The translations under genes were made by a program, and so were the position numbers. A DNA stretch of 20,849 nt from Paraphysomonas bandaiensis (taxonomy: Eukaryota > Protista > Chrysophyceae): contig CBFFRP010000624.1 of assembly GCA_965644295.1 (NCBI GenBank), positions 1 to 20,849 on the forward strand, written 5' to 3'. The notes below the pieces were generated by a model that worked only from the letters and a program-made list of their open reading frames with translations, had not been told where the DNA came from and searched no databases. This document shows, piece by piece, positions 1 through 11,174 of the stretch. Every line of letters starts with the position of its first letter. Within the stretch, counting starts at the first letter, position 1.

Positions 1-3
1 CAA

Positions 4-90
4 TAACCCTAACCCTAACCCTTAACCCTAACTCTAACCCTAACCCTAATCGAATAGTTTGGGGGATCAGCCTATAACCCTAACCCTAAC
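4..90. repeat. Degenerate telomere-type (CCCTAA)n / (TTAGGG)n repeats
   Basis: About 7 units of taaccc with variants (taacccct-like ccttaa, taactc) at 4-50, a ~24-nt spacer, then taaccctaaccctaac at 75-90. The C-rich strand is on +, as expected at a left chromosome end. Confidence 0.75.
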
Positions 91-187
91 ACACAATCTT
101 ATTAACTTACAGAGTAGAAACTAGGTAACAGTTGCACATTATATCTCTGAGTTTTCTAACACAGTATGATACTTTCAAACTATTATG

Positions 188-1441
188 TTATTCGACTGAC
201 GGCCGCGGGCGCACATCAACATCTTGAATACATCGCAGAAATACGTTGTCATCAGATATTGCCTCTTTCTCTCCTTCTTCAAAAGTGTACGAAGATGCAA
301 TTGCCAACATCGACCCATCATTGCTACATAGTGAGATGTAAATATTCTACAAATCAAAAACAGACCTCTACCTGAAGGCTAATGATGCTATTGATGTGGG
401 ATATTGATGAAATTGGCTTAACCTTTTCTTGTTTGCACAATCCCACACATTGACAATGCCGTCACAGCCGCCGGTTGCAAGTGTCCCTGTACACCACGAA
501 ATAAACATTGCATTTACACACACTTTAACATATTGCGTTAAAACCCACCATACACTGGATGAAAGGCAATGGCATTAACAGGGTAAGCAACATCCCCACG
601 ACGGTGGCACTTGAAAGCATAGTATCTTTTCCCATCCGGCTGTTGTTCAAAATACTCTACAGCTACCCTTCCCTGTACAACGAAATAGATTCACTAGTGC
701 GGTGAAGCTAGTACAGAATACAGTCCCAACCTCAATTGACCCGAGGGCAAACCCTTCTCCGTTCGGGAAGCACGACACTTTTCTGGTTTGATATCGCAAT
801 GGTGACTCCCGGACCTGCTCTGGTGCCGAAAGGTTGCGCGAATCGTATACTACAATGTGCCTTTCAGATGTTGCAACAACAATACGAGTGGAAGTCAACG
901 ACAAACTGTAGGCCTTCCCTGGAAGGTTCAACACTGCGGTACAATGAGCGCTATCTGTCTGTCTTGGATCCCACACTGTGGCAGTTGAGTCCCAGCTTCC
1001 TTTTAACATGATTACAAGCAATCAGCACCAACGCCAACTTAAAGATGAATTACCTGTGACCAGAAAATTATGATGTGGATCGTACTGCATACATGAAACA
1101 GGGCAACGGTGTTGCCCTAACAATTTCGTAGACCCACGGTCTAAATTTAATGAGTGAATCTGATTGTCCAGTCCACAAGCAAATCCAACTTCGTCATTTT
1201 GAAAGCAGCATGCTAAAGTTCCCGCTCTGAAATTAAATGTTGCCTTTGGACTGTTGTTCGATACATCATAGAGACGGGCAGTCTGTGCATGCGAAGGTTA
1301 GCTGCAATTGATTATGCTAAAAAGCAAGAAGCTTACAGAGTCCCATGACGACAAGAGAAGTAATTTCGAATACGGAGAAAAGGAAAGACAAGAAATCCCG
1401 TCACCAGGAGGGGCTCTGAGGACAGACTCGCCTACATCCAT
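188..1441 (-). CDS. BUB3: Mitotic checkpoint WD40 protein BUB3 (multi-exon)
   Basis: Hand-spliced translation: [35 protein letters not shown] / ...LVTGSWDST..WDPR...[22 protein letters not shown] / [27 protein letters not shown] / [34 protein letters not shown] / [18 protein letters not shown]...SVE*. The exons are joined by five short GT-AG introns. The motifs (FKCHR, ATGGCDG, NKKRL, PTSIASL) fit Bub3 better than its paralogue Rae1. Confidence 0.92.
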
Positions 1442-1932
1442 TGATGAATGAATTGAATATGACAAATACGTTTATTTCGCTCAGCTCTGGTGGACTGTAT
1501 ATATTAGGGAGTGCCTATGAGCTGAGTGTACTTATATCCTCGGCTGCATCTGTGGTTGCAGAACTATTCCATATGATCAAAATGCAGCCACTTTACTTGC
1601 TTTTTGTGTGTGGTATAGGGGTATACGAATGAATACCGGAGTACAGAAGCTGTCGCACAATACAAGGATCACACAACACAGTATGCCACTGTATTTTGCT
1701 CTTTTTGGATATACAGAGAATACAGCATACAGTGGACTGTCGAAGAGGAAGGAAAGCATATAATTGGGGCGCTGACGTTGTTTTTCTCCCGGAAGGTTGG
1801 GCTAGGTGTGAGAGTGGAGGGAGAGAGGGGGGAATGGATCTGTGAACGTTTGTTTGTTGCTATCTTCTTATGGATTGATGATTGTATTACTATGATCTCT
1901 CACTGATTTTAGTAGTAGTGTGAATAGCTGCA
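1442..1932. promoter_or_regulatory. Probable bidirectional promoter/5'UTR region between BUB3 and the RRM gene
   Basis: Head-to-head start codons ~490 bp apart, with a purine-rich GA tract at ~1810-1838. Inferred from gene arrangement only. Confidence 0.45.
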
Positions 1933-3987
1933 ATGGAGAGCATGGAGGAGTCAGGAGACTGCACTCTTTTTGTGGGCGATTTGAGTAGGGAAGTCACCAG
2001 AGAAGACTTGTGCGACCTATTTCAAATGGTGGGAAAGGTTAGTGAAGTAGTTTTGAAGTGTTCGAAGGTCACTGGACAGCCTATGGGATACGGTAAGCCA
2101 TTGGAAGGTGCTCTTCTGATTCTGAACGTATTTTAATTAAGGATTTGTGAGGATGTCAACAAAGCAAGGTGCCGAGAGTGCACTGATGACACTCACGGGG
2201 GTGAATTTGAAGGGGAGATGTATTAGAGTTGGTCGCGCAGAAAGAAATTGTCGACTCATTGTTAAAAACTTAAATCAGACTGCACGGTTAGATGAGTTGC
2301 TGTCATTATTTCTGCCATACGGAAATATGCATCACCAAGATACGGGACAAGAAGTCATTGGTTAGTGGTCACATTGTTGTAACTGCTATTTAATTCTGTG
2401 CTGTGTTTTTACGAACAGTTAATGGATACTCAGCCCGTATTTTGCATTTCATTCGACGACAGGATGCGGAAAGGGCGAAGCGCGACATGCACTTAAAGTT
2501 GTTTCACGGGCGCCCAATGCACGTGGAATGGTACCGACACACTCCTGGGTCTGAGCTGAGCGGTGTAACTGAGCATGACATCACACACCGGCCTGAACAC
2601 GTCGTATCAATTCATGTTCGGTTCATGAGTATGGAGGTAACATGCAACCATGTATCGTATATGTGTGACGAAACGAAACATTGTTTGGTATGCAGGAAGG
2701 AATCAAAGTTGATGAACACTTGTTGTATCACACTTTCAAGAAGTTTGGAGAGGTAACGAAAGTTTCTATTAAGGCATTGGTGCCCGATAAGGTAGAGTGG
2801 ATTGTGCACCTCTGATTTGTAATGCCCCTTACAGTAGTGTAATTTCTAAAACAGGACTCGAATGCATATAAGGGATATGCATTTGTACACTTCCCCTCCA
2901 CGCTGGACGGGTGTCGATGTGCACTAGAAGCTGCAGGATCCATGGATGGGAGTATGTACAAGTGCGTTTATCGCACTTTGACTTTATGATTTATATGACT
3001 ATGCTATTTTGACAGTTGTGTTCACTTCTTCTGCAAACCGAGTCAAAATTTTCAGCGGGCCTACAAGGAGCTCCTCAAGCACCACAGTTGTGATAAGAGT
3101 ACTAAGCGATATCCACACTTTCCGCAGTATACCACATCACGATATCAACACCTCTCACACGCCCATCTTTCACAGACAGCAAAACAAGACCGCCCATACG
3201 AGGCACAGTCCATCTCAGACTGGTCAGGGGATTACCACCCTGTACCAGACTATGAAAGTGTTGATGGGATTTACTGGCAGGAAAGGTGCACGCACATGTT
3301 CGTGCCCGAGCAGTACTCCCAGAATGGTCATAGCTCTCTAGGATATGACGAGGTACTATACATGGAAGCCATAGGATTGTCACCTAGTGCGAGATACGAG
3401 CGTGACTCATTCTATGCGGAGAATAAAAATCGCCGCGAACTACTGCCCACATCTGGTTTTCCTAATGATGAGTACTCCTCTGATAGTGGTCACTTGCAGC
3501 TGCACCCAAATTCTGACCTGGAGGAGAGTACTGTTTCTCCGAAAAACTCATCTGATGCCCTCCAGCAATCCGTTGCAGTTGGTAGTCGAGTAGACAGGTG
3601 TCGTCAGTCTTCTAGCTCAATGATTCCATTTGATGAGACATTCCCCAGTACCGGGGTTAATTCTATCAAAGCAAGTACTTTGTTTTCCCCGACTTCAATT
3701 CCCCATGTACACAGGATATCTCCCCATTCAGACACTTACCCACAGCGACGTAGAAATTGCGACCTGGAATCTGGTGGCCACTGCCCCGCCTCATCCAACC
3801 AACATTGTCCGTCTGAACAGGTAAGATAATATTTAAAAACTTATTTTTGACTTAACCGTTGTTATAGAATAGTATTCACAGAAATGAATATATTGATGGG
3901 AATTCATTTGCTCATAGTAGTCGCCTGTGGGAGTATCCCGCCGAACTAACAGGAAGGAATGATGTATTATACAATCATCTTGGCTGA
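1933..3987 (+). CDS. RNA-binding protein with three RRM domains and a Ser/Pro-rich disordered C-terminus (multi-exon)
   Basis: RRM1 has RNP2 LFVGDL and RNP1 MGYG|FV split by an intron after 2092. RRM2 reads LIVKNL...LHF.RRQDAERAK..MH.KLFHGRPMHVEW. RRM3 reads LYHTFKKFGEV...KGYAFVHF. The frame continues through ORF 3296-3820, donor gtaaga at 3821, acceptor at 3867, and TGA at 3985-3987. The last exon is less certain (alternative stop at 3829). Confidence 0.8.
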
Positions 3988-4580
3988 TTTTTCATGCACT
4001 CCTGCAGACAGGCGAGGGTCTGATACATGAGTGAGAACTGCCTGAAATGGTTAAGAGGCGTTGTACTGAAATGCTGCATTGACATTTCTTCTTCACTTCT
4101 CTGTGGTCGTCGTAATTTTGATGTACTCTATATATCTACAATACTACGTTTTATTACTTTTCATGAGCTACAAAACAATAATATATCTGGAAACAGGTTG
4201 GCGTTATTGTTAAAATGTGTGATCACTGAACACGTCACAAACCTAAAATAGTTACAGTTGTCGTTCCCAGCAGTAAATATGAAATAATGATTACGGGTGT
4301 ACAACAACACGTATAATAAGATAATAAGTAAAGTGACTACTTCTTGCATAAACTGATTACACTGTTCTTATCTTTGTTAACTACGTACTACCTATAATAT
4401 GTTGTTATCCCCTTATTGACAGTCATAATATGTATGTGATTGAATATGTTTTGACAAGTCCGACTTCGTTGAGGGTACATTTTTTGTGGCTATTATAAAA
4501 TTTGGGAGTTTATTATTAAATTTTGAGTTAATCCAGTGCAATTTATATTTCCTAAGCATATAGTGATATGGTGTACATAA

Positions 4581-6615
4581 CAGGGCCTGGTAACCGTTAA
4601 TGGTAATGCCATTATAATTGCCAAAACATTTTTCATTGATGCCATTATAATTGCCGGGAACCGGACTACCATTAATGGCCTCTGTACTGCTATAAATAGA
4701 ACTGAGTGTTATTGAAAGATAATGTAGAATCTCCTCTATACTCCGAAGAAACTCTAAACTCTAAACAATATTAGACAACAATGTCACAAGGGATGGTTGC
4801 ACCAAGGTGCTTGCAGCAATGCACAAGCAGTCCCGAGACAACTGAGCATTTCGTAATCTGTGTTATCACTAGTCTAGAATAATAGATAGACAAATGCAAC
4901 AAGTTCTCTCATGTAATAATCAGATCTTATATATTAGACAACAATGTTCATGCAACTCTACGGTACTTTGTGGCAACTAGTTCATTATCTTCTCAATGCT
5001 CTGTAGGTTTAGAGAATAATTTCATGAGCAATATCCATAGGTAGCAACTAACTCATATACCCAAAAACTCTAAAATAACCATTGAAAATATGCATATGGA
5101 TATTATTTCACCTAGAAACATTCATAAAAATACTATTTTTTCCCCAAAGCTGAAAGAAGCTACAGTACACAACTAACAAAGTAATATATATTATACTCTG
5201 TATTTATACCATACATTAAGCAACGATAATAGCCAAAAAATTGATGGCAGTGTAATTTGCAGAGTCATCTTCTGATCACCCATCTCAGTGACGACGGTGA
5301 TGAAATATTTATAACGCACACATATATATTATATTCTCGTGGAAAGGAAGTAGAATACTTTGTTACCAGATAAATTTGGTCTAGTTATTGATGGGTGGGC
5401 ATTCTATATGGTACATCCGATCATTATATTGCAGTATTCGCAATATGTGGTCCAAGGAAAATGAAGCTGGGGTTACTCGAGTGTTACTATATTATAACAT
5501 GCTGCGGACTTCAAAAGCAACCAGACGAAAACAATTTACCTGAGGCTGATATCGGAGATTATGTTGTCATTAATCAACTGCAATTATTCAATAAAACTCT
5601 TGCCAATAATGTCAATTGTCTTGTGTGTGATAACTGTTCATCAGTAAATCGCAAACTGGCTGAACTAATGGAGAAGCCAATGGTTGGTTGCTACTCACAT
5701 CAACTGAATTTGGCAATTGCAAATAATTTCTGCGACCAGACAAGCCTCTCTACCATTATTGAAAGAATTGATTCCTTGATGAAGGATCTAAGAAGGACGC
5801 TGAAAAATGCAAGTTTGCTTGTGTGCAGAAAACAAACATAAAGCCAGAAAGTAGGAATGTGACTCGGTGGTCATCAATATACAACCTATAAGTACGTAAA
5901 ACGGGTTCCTTTTCTTGGTGAATGTAATTTCCCGAGCACCCTCTGCAAGATAAGATTTTTACTCCAGCTAAATTTCGAAATCTAAACCAATATTATTTGA
6001 CGCAACTTGAAAAATTACAGAGTGTTATAATATATGATCGCCTTACAAAAAGAAATGGAACCAATTTGTACCAAACCCGCCAGTTATTTGATATGCTGCT
6101 ACAAGAATTTCCAGAGCTGCATCTATACCTTTCCCTGAATGCAAGCATTGTTGCCAGTTAGGTACCTATGAGTCCAACTACCGCTGCTTGCTTCATATTG
6201 AGGCACAATCTAATTTTGTTGAGAGAGGCTCTTTAGTGGTGCAAGGTTGATTATATATATAATATGACACCTGAGCGTAGAAACATGAATCCATATATAT
6301 CGTCTAGAATCGTTGCTATTCCTACGAACCAATTACATCATGCTGTTGTGGGATGCTTATATATATACCCTCCATGATCTCTGCAAGAAGATCCTGATGT
6401 GCTTGTAGAGAGCGAGAAGTAGTTACAATTCGTAGTCTTCTCTATTTTAACTATATTATAGTAATTATCGAATAGTAATTATTATAAGGAAGCACAACAC
6501 TATCTATTATATATATGAGTGGTGCTATCTACTTTAAGTTAGTAGCTATTAATAGCCATTATAATTACCTGGAACTGGACTATATTAATGGGTCATTAAC
6601 GGTTACCAGGCCCTG
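4581..6615 (+). mobile_element. hAT-superfamily DNA transposon, decayed (2,035 bp)
   Basis: 22-bp TIRs CAGGGCCTGGTAACCGTTAATG (4581-4602; reverse complement at 6594-6615). The 8-bp TSD is gtacataa (4573-4580) / gtacatat (6616-6623), a 7/8 match. Internal transposase remnants are present. Confidence 0.92.
5360..6400 (+). pseudogene. hAT transposase pseudogene
   Basis: Motifs in hAT order: LPDKFGLVIDGW (first catalytic D at 5390), HYIAVFA, LVCDN..VN, GCYSHQLNLAI (CxxH), RNVTRWSS (5853-5876), ERLFS (6223-6237), PERRNMNP..LESLLFLRTN. The frame is broken by stops and small insertions. Confidence 0.88.
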
Positions 6616-6803
6616 GTACATATAATACTACATACCACTGCTATAAAAAAAATATAAGTTTTCATAATATTATATGTTTTCTTTATATATGTTAATATTA
6701 GGGAAAACCTATTTCTTCTTACAGAAAGTATTAAAAGCCACAAATTGCTATACATTCTAGATATCAGGAATGAAAAAATAATGTCCTGAGGATAAAAGGT
6801 AAA

Positions 6804-6917
6804 ATTTAACCTAGGGATAAGAAGGAGTATCGTCCCTTGTCTAAATTTTAAAACTCGGGCCTTTCGCCCTCGTTCCAAAATTATGAGCGCGGGACGATAT
6901 AGCCCCTGTGGTTAAAT
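6804..6917. repeat. ~115-bp imperfect fold-back (MITE-like hairpin element)
   Basis: Nested arms atttaacc/ggttaaat, tatcgtccc/gggacgata, aatttt..aac/gtt..aaaatt and gggc/gccc around a ctttc loop. Confidence 0.55.
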
Positions 6918-6977
6918 ATAACTAAAGTTTTTAATAATGGACAATTAATTATTACTCAGCCCTGGTACACTTCCAAC

Positions 6978-7231
6978 ATGGTATTTTATTATACTGCAAA
7001 AAGTAACGTATACCTATAATCAAGATATAAGATCAAGAGTATAATGTGTGCTAGTTAGTTACAGGTTACAGGTAGCGGTCGATCTATCTTCACTACTCTT
7101 CATCTAACTACTTTTCTAATCTTGGTTCTTGGCACCTACTGTTAATAATAAGACTTTCACACGTATGGTATTTTATTATACTGCAATAAGACATATAGCA
7201 ACGTATTTCTATAATCAAGTGATCAAGAGTA
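6978..7231 (+). repeat. Two diverged ~65-bp direct repeats downstream of MCM2
   Basis: atggtattttattatactgcaa...aacgtat..ctataatcaag..gatcaagagta at 6978-7041 and 7165-7231. Confidence 0.75.
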
Positions 7232-7502
7232 GGAAGAATCACGCTATGTAAATACTAGAATTTCTTGGCGCTATGTTGAATCCAGAGCAGTAGATTTATA
7301 AGACTTCAGTTGTCTTTGTGTATACCTCATATAGCCTGAGAAACATAAACGTAGTGGCAGTAGCTACGTTACAGTAGGCCACTACATCGAACATACACCG
7401 AGAACAAACTGTAATTGCAATCGCATACTTAATAATATACACTGTATATACTGCTCAGCGAACATTAACCACAAATATTCTAAACAAAGTTCTCAAAATA
7501 AT

Positions 7503-10500
7503 TTAGAATGTTTTCACAATCATACGATTTCGTTCGTCTAAATGTAGTCCGTAGTTTCTGAACATCATGCTGTCATAGAAGGGACGAAGGTCGAATATAT
7601 TAAGTGACTTAGCCCTGTTCTCTAGGTCATCCATATATACCTTCACAATATCAGCAGACTTCTTGTATCGCAACTGTGAAATGTCAATACATAAGACATA
7701 ACGAATAGTATACTAAAGTATAATGCTGACGTACTTGATGGTACTTCTCCGCATCCCTGATGAGGCCTTGCAACTGGTGCATAATCAATTGGTTATTTTC
7801 CTCGCCAAAAGTAATGTACTTTCTGAAGGCTCGTTGCAGAGAATTCTTCACTGATACCTTCTGTGCTTGAAGGAACGACTCAAGCATAACCTTGATGGCG
7901 AAGTCTACATCGTCGTCTCTCACATAGTCCCGTAGGTGCATTCGCGCAGTGGCCTCCGCCATACGCATAATGCTCTCAATGTGTCGGACAGCGATAGGCA
8001 CTCCCCCAGATATAGTACTCTGTGCCCTCAGGTCCGCGTACAGTGAGGCCACCTTCTCGGAGTCCACCTCGCGCAGTACGGGTTTTACAAAGGCCCTGGC
8101 ATACTTGATGTATTTTTTCAGGAGATCCTGCTTCACTGGGGGAGGTCCGCCGTCAATGGAGGTGTATTGGGACTCTGGCGGTGCCCCTGCAATTACCACA
8201 AAATCGTGGGAAAGAGAAAAAATACCGAGGGTGACGAACCTAAATACTCACGTTCTCCCTGGCGGTGTTGACCGGGAAGGGAGTCGACCATGGCGTCACG
8301 GTCGATATGTACTTGAACATCACCTGGATCACCATTTCCCTGCGATGACTCCAGGTCGTCGTCGGTCACAGTGGGCAGTCCCAGTTCTCCTTCCTGGAAA
8401 TTGGGGTGAGATCGCATATGGCTATTTACAACAAAGTTGGCAAGCTGCTCGTCGACAACGGGGTCAACAATATCCTGAAGAACACAGAGCACATCAAAGC
8501 GCTGCAAAATTGGATCTGTGAGCTCCACGTTTTCTGCGAGGGTAAATGATGGGTCGTACCGCCCGCTAATAGGGTTGGCCGCAGCAATGACAGCACACCT
8601 CGCCTGTAATGAGGTAAGGATTCCAGCTTTGGCGACAGATATCGTTTGCTGCTCCATTGCCTCGTGAATGGATGTCCTGTCCTGCTCGTTCATCTTGTCA
8701 AACTCGTCAATTAGACAAACACCCTGATCAGCGAGAACCAGGGCACCCCCTTCGAGTGTCCATTCCTTAGTGAGCGGATCCTTGTGCACTCCAGCAGTGA
8801 GACCAACTGCAGACGCGCCCTTACCAGTGCTATACACAGCACGTGGAGCGGTTTTCTCCACGTACTTGAGTAGCTGCGATTTCGCAGTCCCAGGGTCGCC
8901 GAGCAACAACACATTGATATCCCCTCGAACCCTGTGCGTTCCTTTCGACCCACTATCTTTGGCACAACCACCAAACAAAGACAGTGCGACCGCAGTCTTT
9001 ACGTGTCGGTGCCCGTATATAGAGGGGGCGATCGATTTTATTATTCTATCAACAATCTGCATCACAGCTAATAAAAATCTTGTGCTGGTTATTGAAGGCA
9101 GGACCAAACACACCTGTGGATCTTGCCCCAGTCTGACTATGAGCCGCTTATCTTCCTCTGAGATGTCTGCGTTGATATTGCCACCCTTCCGTTGAACAAA
9201 ATTGGCATCTATGATAGTGGAGAACACTGGAAATCCATTTTTGTTCTTGGCATGAGTACCAGTATCTGATGGCCAGCAGGTGATAAGTGAAAACGTAGTG
9301 TATAAACGCATATCAGCGCAATCAGAAGAGTGTAGGTACTATACAAAGATGGGAGCACGGAATACGTACCCTGGGCGTGTCTGTAGACACCTGTGACCTC
9401 CACTTCTTCACCAGGCCTTGCAATGTCAATGAGATCTCCCAGTAGGACCACATCCTTGTAGCGTGGCACTCGTCCTGGAGGCACAGAACCAGGGCTCTCC
9501 TGTAGAGTAATCTTCTGGTAGTTACCGTATTCGGTCTTGGCAATATCGACTTTGAAGGGACCAGTCTCAGAACAGTTAGTGCAACTATGAGGGCGTGCCT
9601 CGCCGGCAAAGGGGCCTAGTACCTCGGAACAATGTGTACATCTAAAGGATACCGATTTCATCTGCGGGAAGACACCAGTCCGTCTCGTAATCACTACATA
9701 TCTGGGTGAGATATAATGGCGTTAAACAAGTAACTTACCTCCAGAGACACGCACAAGACAGTTTAGATGGCCTTGGCGAAGGTCTCTCAAACGATCCGAT
9801 ATTGGAAGGTCTGTAATACGTACGTGCATTTCCTGCGCTATCTGCGTGTAGTGGGTAAAGCCTTCCAGTACGACCTCCTTCAACACCTCGTCGAATATAC
9901 CTAACATGTCTCTCGGCAAATCTGCAAGCCATATGGCTAAGATGGGAGCATATTCACCCAAGTGTACGTAAGAAACTTCCAAAGAAGAGCTATTGGCAGC
10001 GCACATAGCTCTGATTTTGTTAGGGTAGACAGTAGGACCATCCATGGAGGGCCTATACCGATGTATAAATTTTTTGAATCTTTTCTTGATCTCTCTCCGT
10101 GTTCTATCCTGCGCTATCCACTCGCGCAGGGGAACATCGAACCCCTACAAAAAATTATATACATACACATTATAAGGCGATTTCGACCTCAAGGTTGACG
10201 TCTAGCTCCTTGTACTGATCTTCTGCTTCATCTTCTTCATCTATCGCCCCTTCATCACCAACAGTACCGTAGTGAGTGCGAAATACACCAGCAGAGGGAG
10301 CTGTATCTTGTACATCGTAGTCCGCCAATTCATCTAGGAAGGAAACACTCATGTGAGGCAATATTAGCAGAGTTATTCATGCAAAAAAAGACCTATGCGG
10401 GTCTCCCGGGTTGTCATACGTTCTCGGTCACGCTGGTCTAGCATTTCCGTTACATGTCTTCTTTGTGCGTAGGTCATTCTATCCTCCTCTTTATCCGATG

Positions 10501-10820
10501 CCAAATCGTTGGCATCATAGCGGTCCAGCTCCGGTACTGCTGTGTAGTCCCTATTGCAAACATAACAGACGGACGAGAGAGGCTCAGTCAGACACTCACT
10601 GAAGCCATGTGTCGGCCAGGTCCTCCCCTTCCTCATCTTCAACATTTTCATCTTCGCCATTATAATCGTCGGGGTTGCTACCCAGAGACTCCTCGTCACT
10701 GTCTCTCGTCATGTGACGTGTGTATCGAGGCTCGTCTATGACTGAATCGTTTGGGTCTTCCTCCTCATCATCTGCGGTGACACGAAAGCGCCTCCTCTTC
10801 ACACCTGACTGCTGCTCCAT
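7503..10820 (-). CDS. MCM2: DNA replication licensing factor MCM2 (multi-exon)
   Basis: Acidic N-terminus with the MCM2-specific histone-binding motif [12 protein letters not shown]; C4 zinc finger CTHC...CTNC; [14 protein letters not shown]; Walker [10 protein letters not shown]; Walker B IDEFDKM; [17 protein letters not shown]; arginine finger LQRFD; sensor-2 AVRHIES. The last exon reads LRYKK...MIVKTF* with TAA at 7505-7503. Introns are short GT-AG. Confidence 0.97.
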
Positions 10821-11053
10821 TTACTATGTTCAAAGTATGACAGATCGTCTATTTCCAGGTATGGTATATCTTCCAGCGCCCATCATCCATAGGGCCACAC
10901 TCCAGTTCATACCTACTTCTATACATACGTATTCCGCCTTGTAGGATATTGTAGGATCAGCTTTAAGCTGTCCTTTGATATTTGAATTTCAAATTATTCC
11001 CGACCTACTCCTGTCCAACTTATAAATACCCCACTTTTACGAATATATGGATC

Positions 11054-11174
11054 ATGCCGAATAACAATGTTCGGAAAATCGGATTATTTGGACCATATAT
11101 TTATGATTCGTATCTACAGTGTACTCTGTACATGTAGATATCTAGAATACTACGAACACACTATATTTCGGCAT
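11054..11174. repeat. Imperfect fold-back element upstream of MCM2
   Basis: Outer arms atgccgaa..tgttcg / cgaaca..ttcggcat, with a central hairpin tatctaca-gtgtactctgtaca-tgtagata (11111-11140). Confidence 0.45.

Noticed and set aside
1100-1118. Perfect 8-bp hairpin agggcaac-ggt-gttgccct
   Set aside because: Lies in a BUB3 coding exon; short enough to be chance.
3009-3341. 110-aa ORF in the RRM gene
   Set aside because: Wrong frame. The exon is read in the frame continuous with ORF 3296-3829 (CVHFFCKPSQNF...).
4768-4947. 17-bp direct repeat atattagacaacaatgt (4768 and 4931) inside the hAT
   Set aside because: Possibly a TSD of a small nested insertion or a local duplication, but there is no further supporting structure.
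6603-6878. 91-aa - strand ORF
   Set aside because: AT-rich, low-complexity translation spanning a transposon end and a hairpin; not credible.
7949-9195. Long + strand ORFs (190 aa, 141 aa)
   Set aside because: Antisense shadows of MCM2 exons with no independent motifs.
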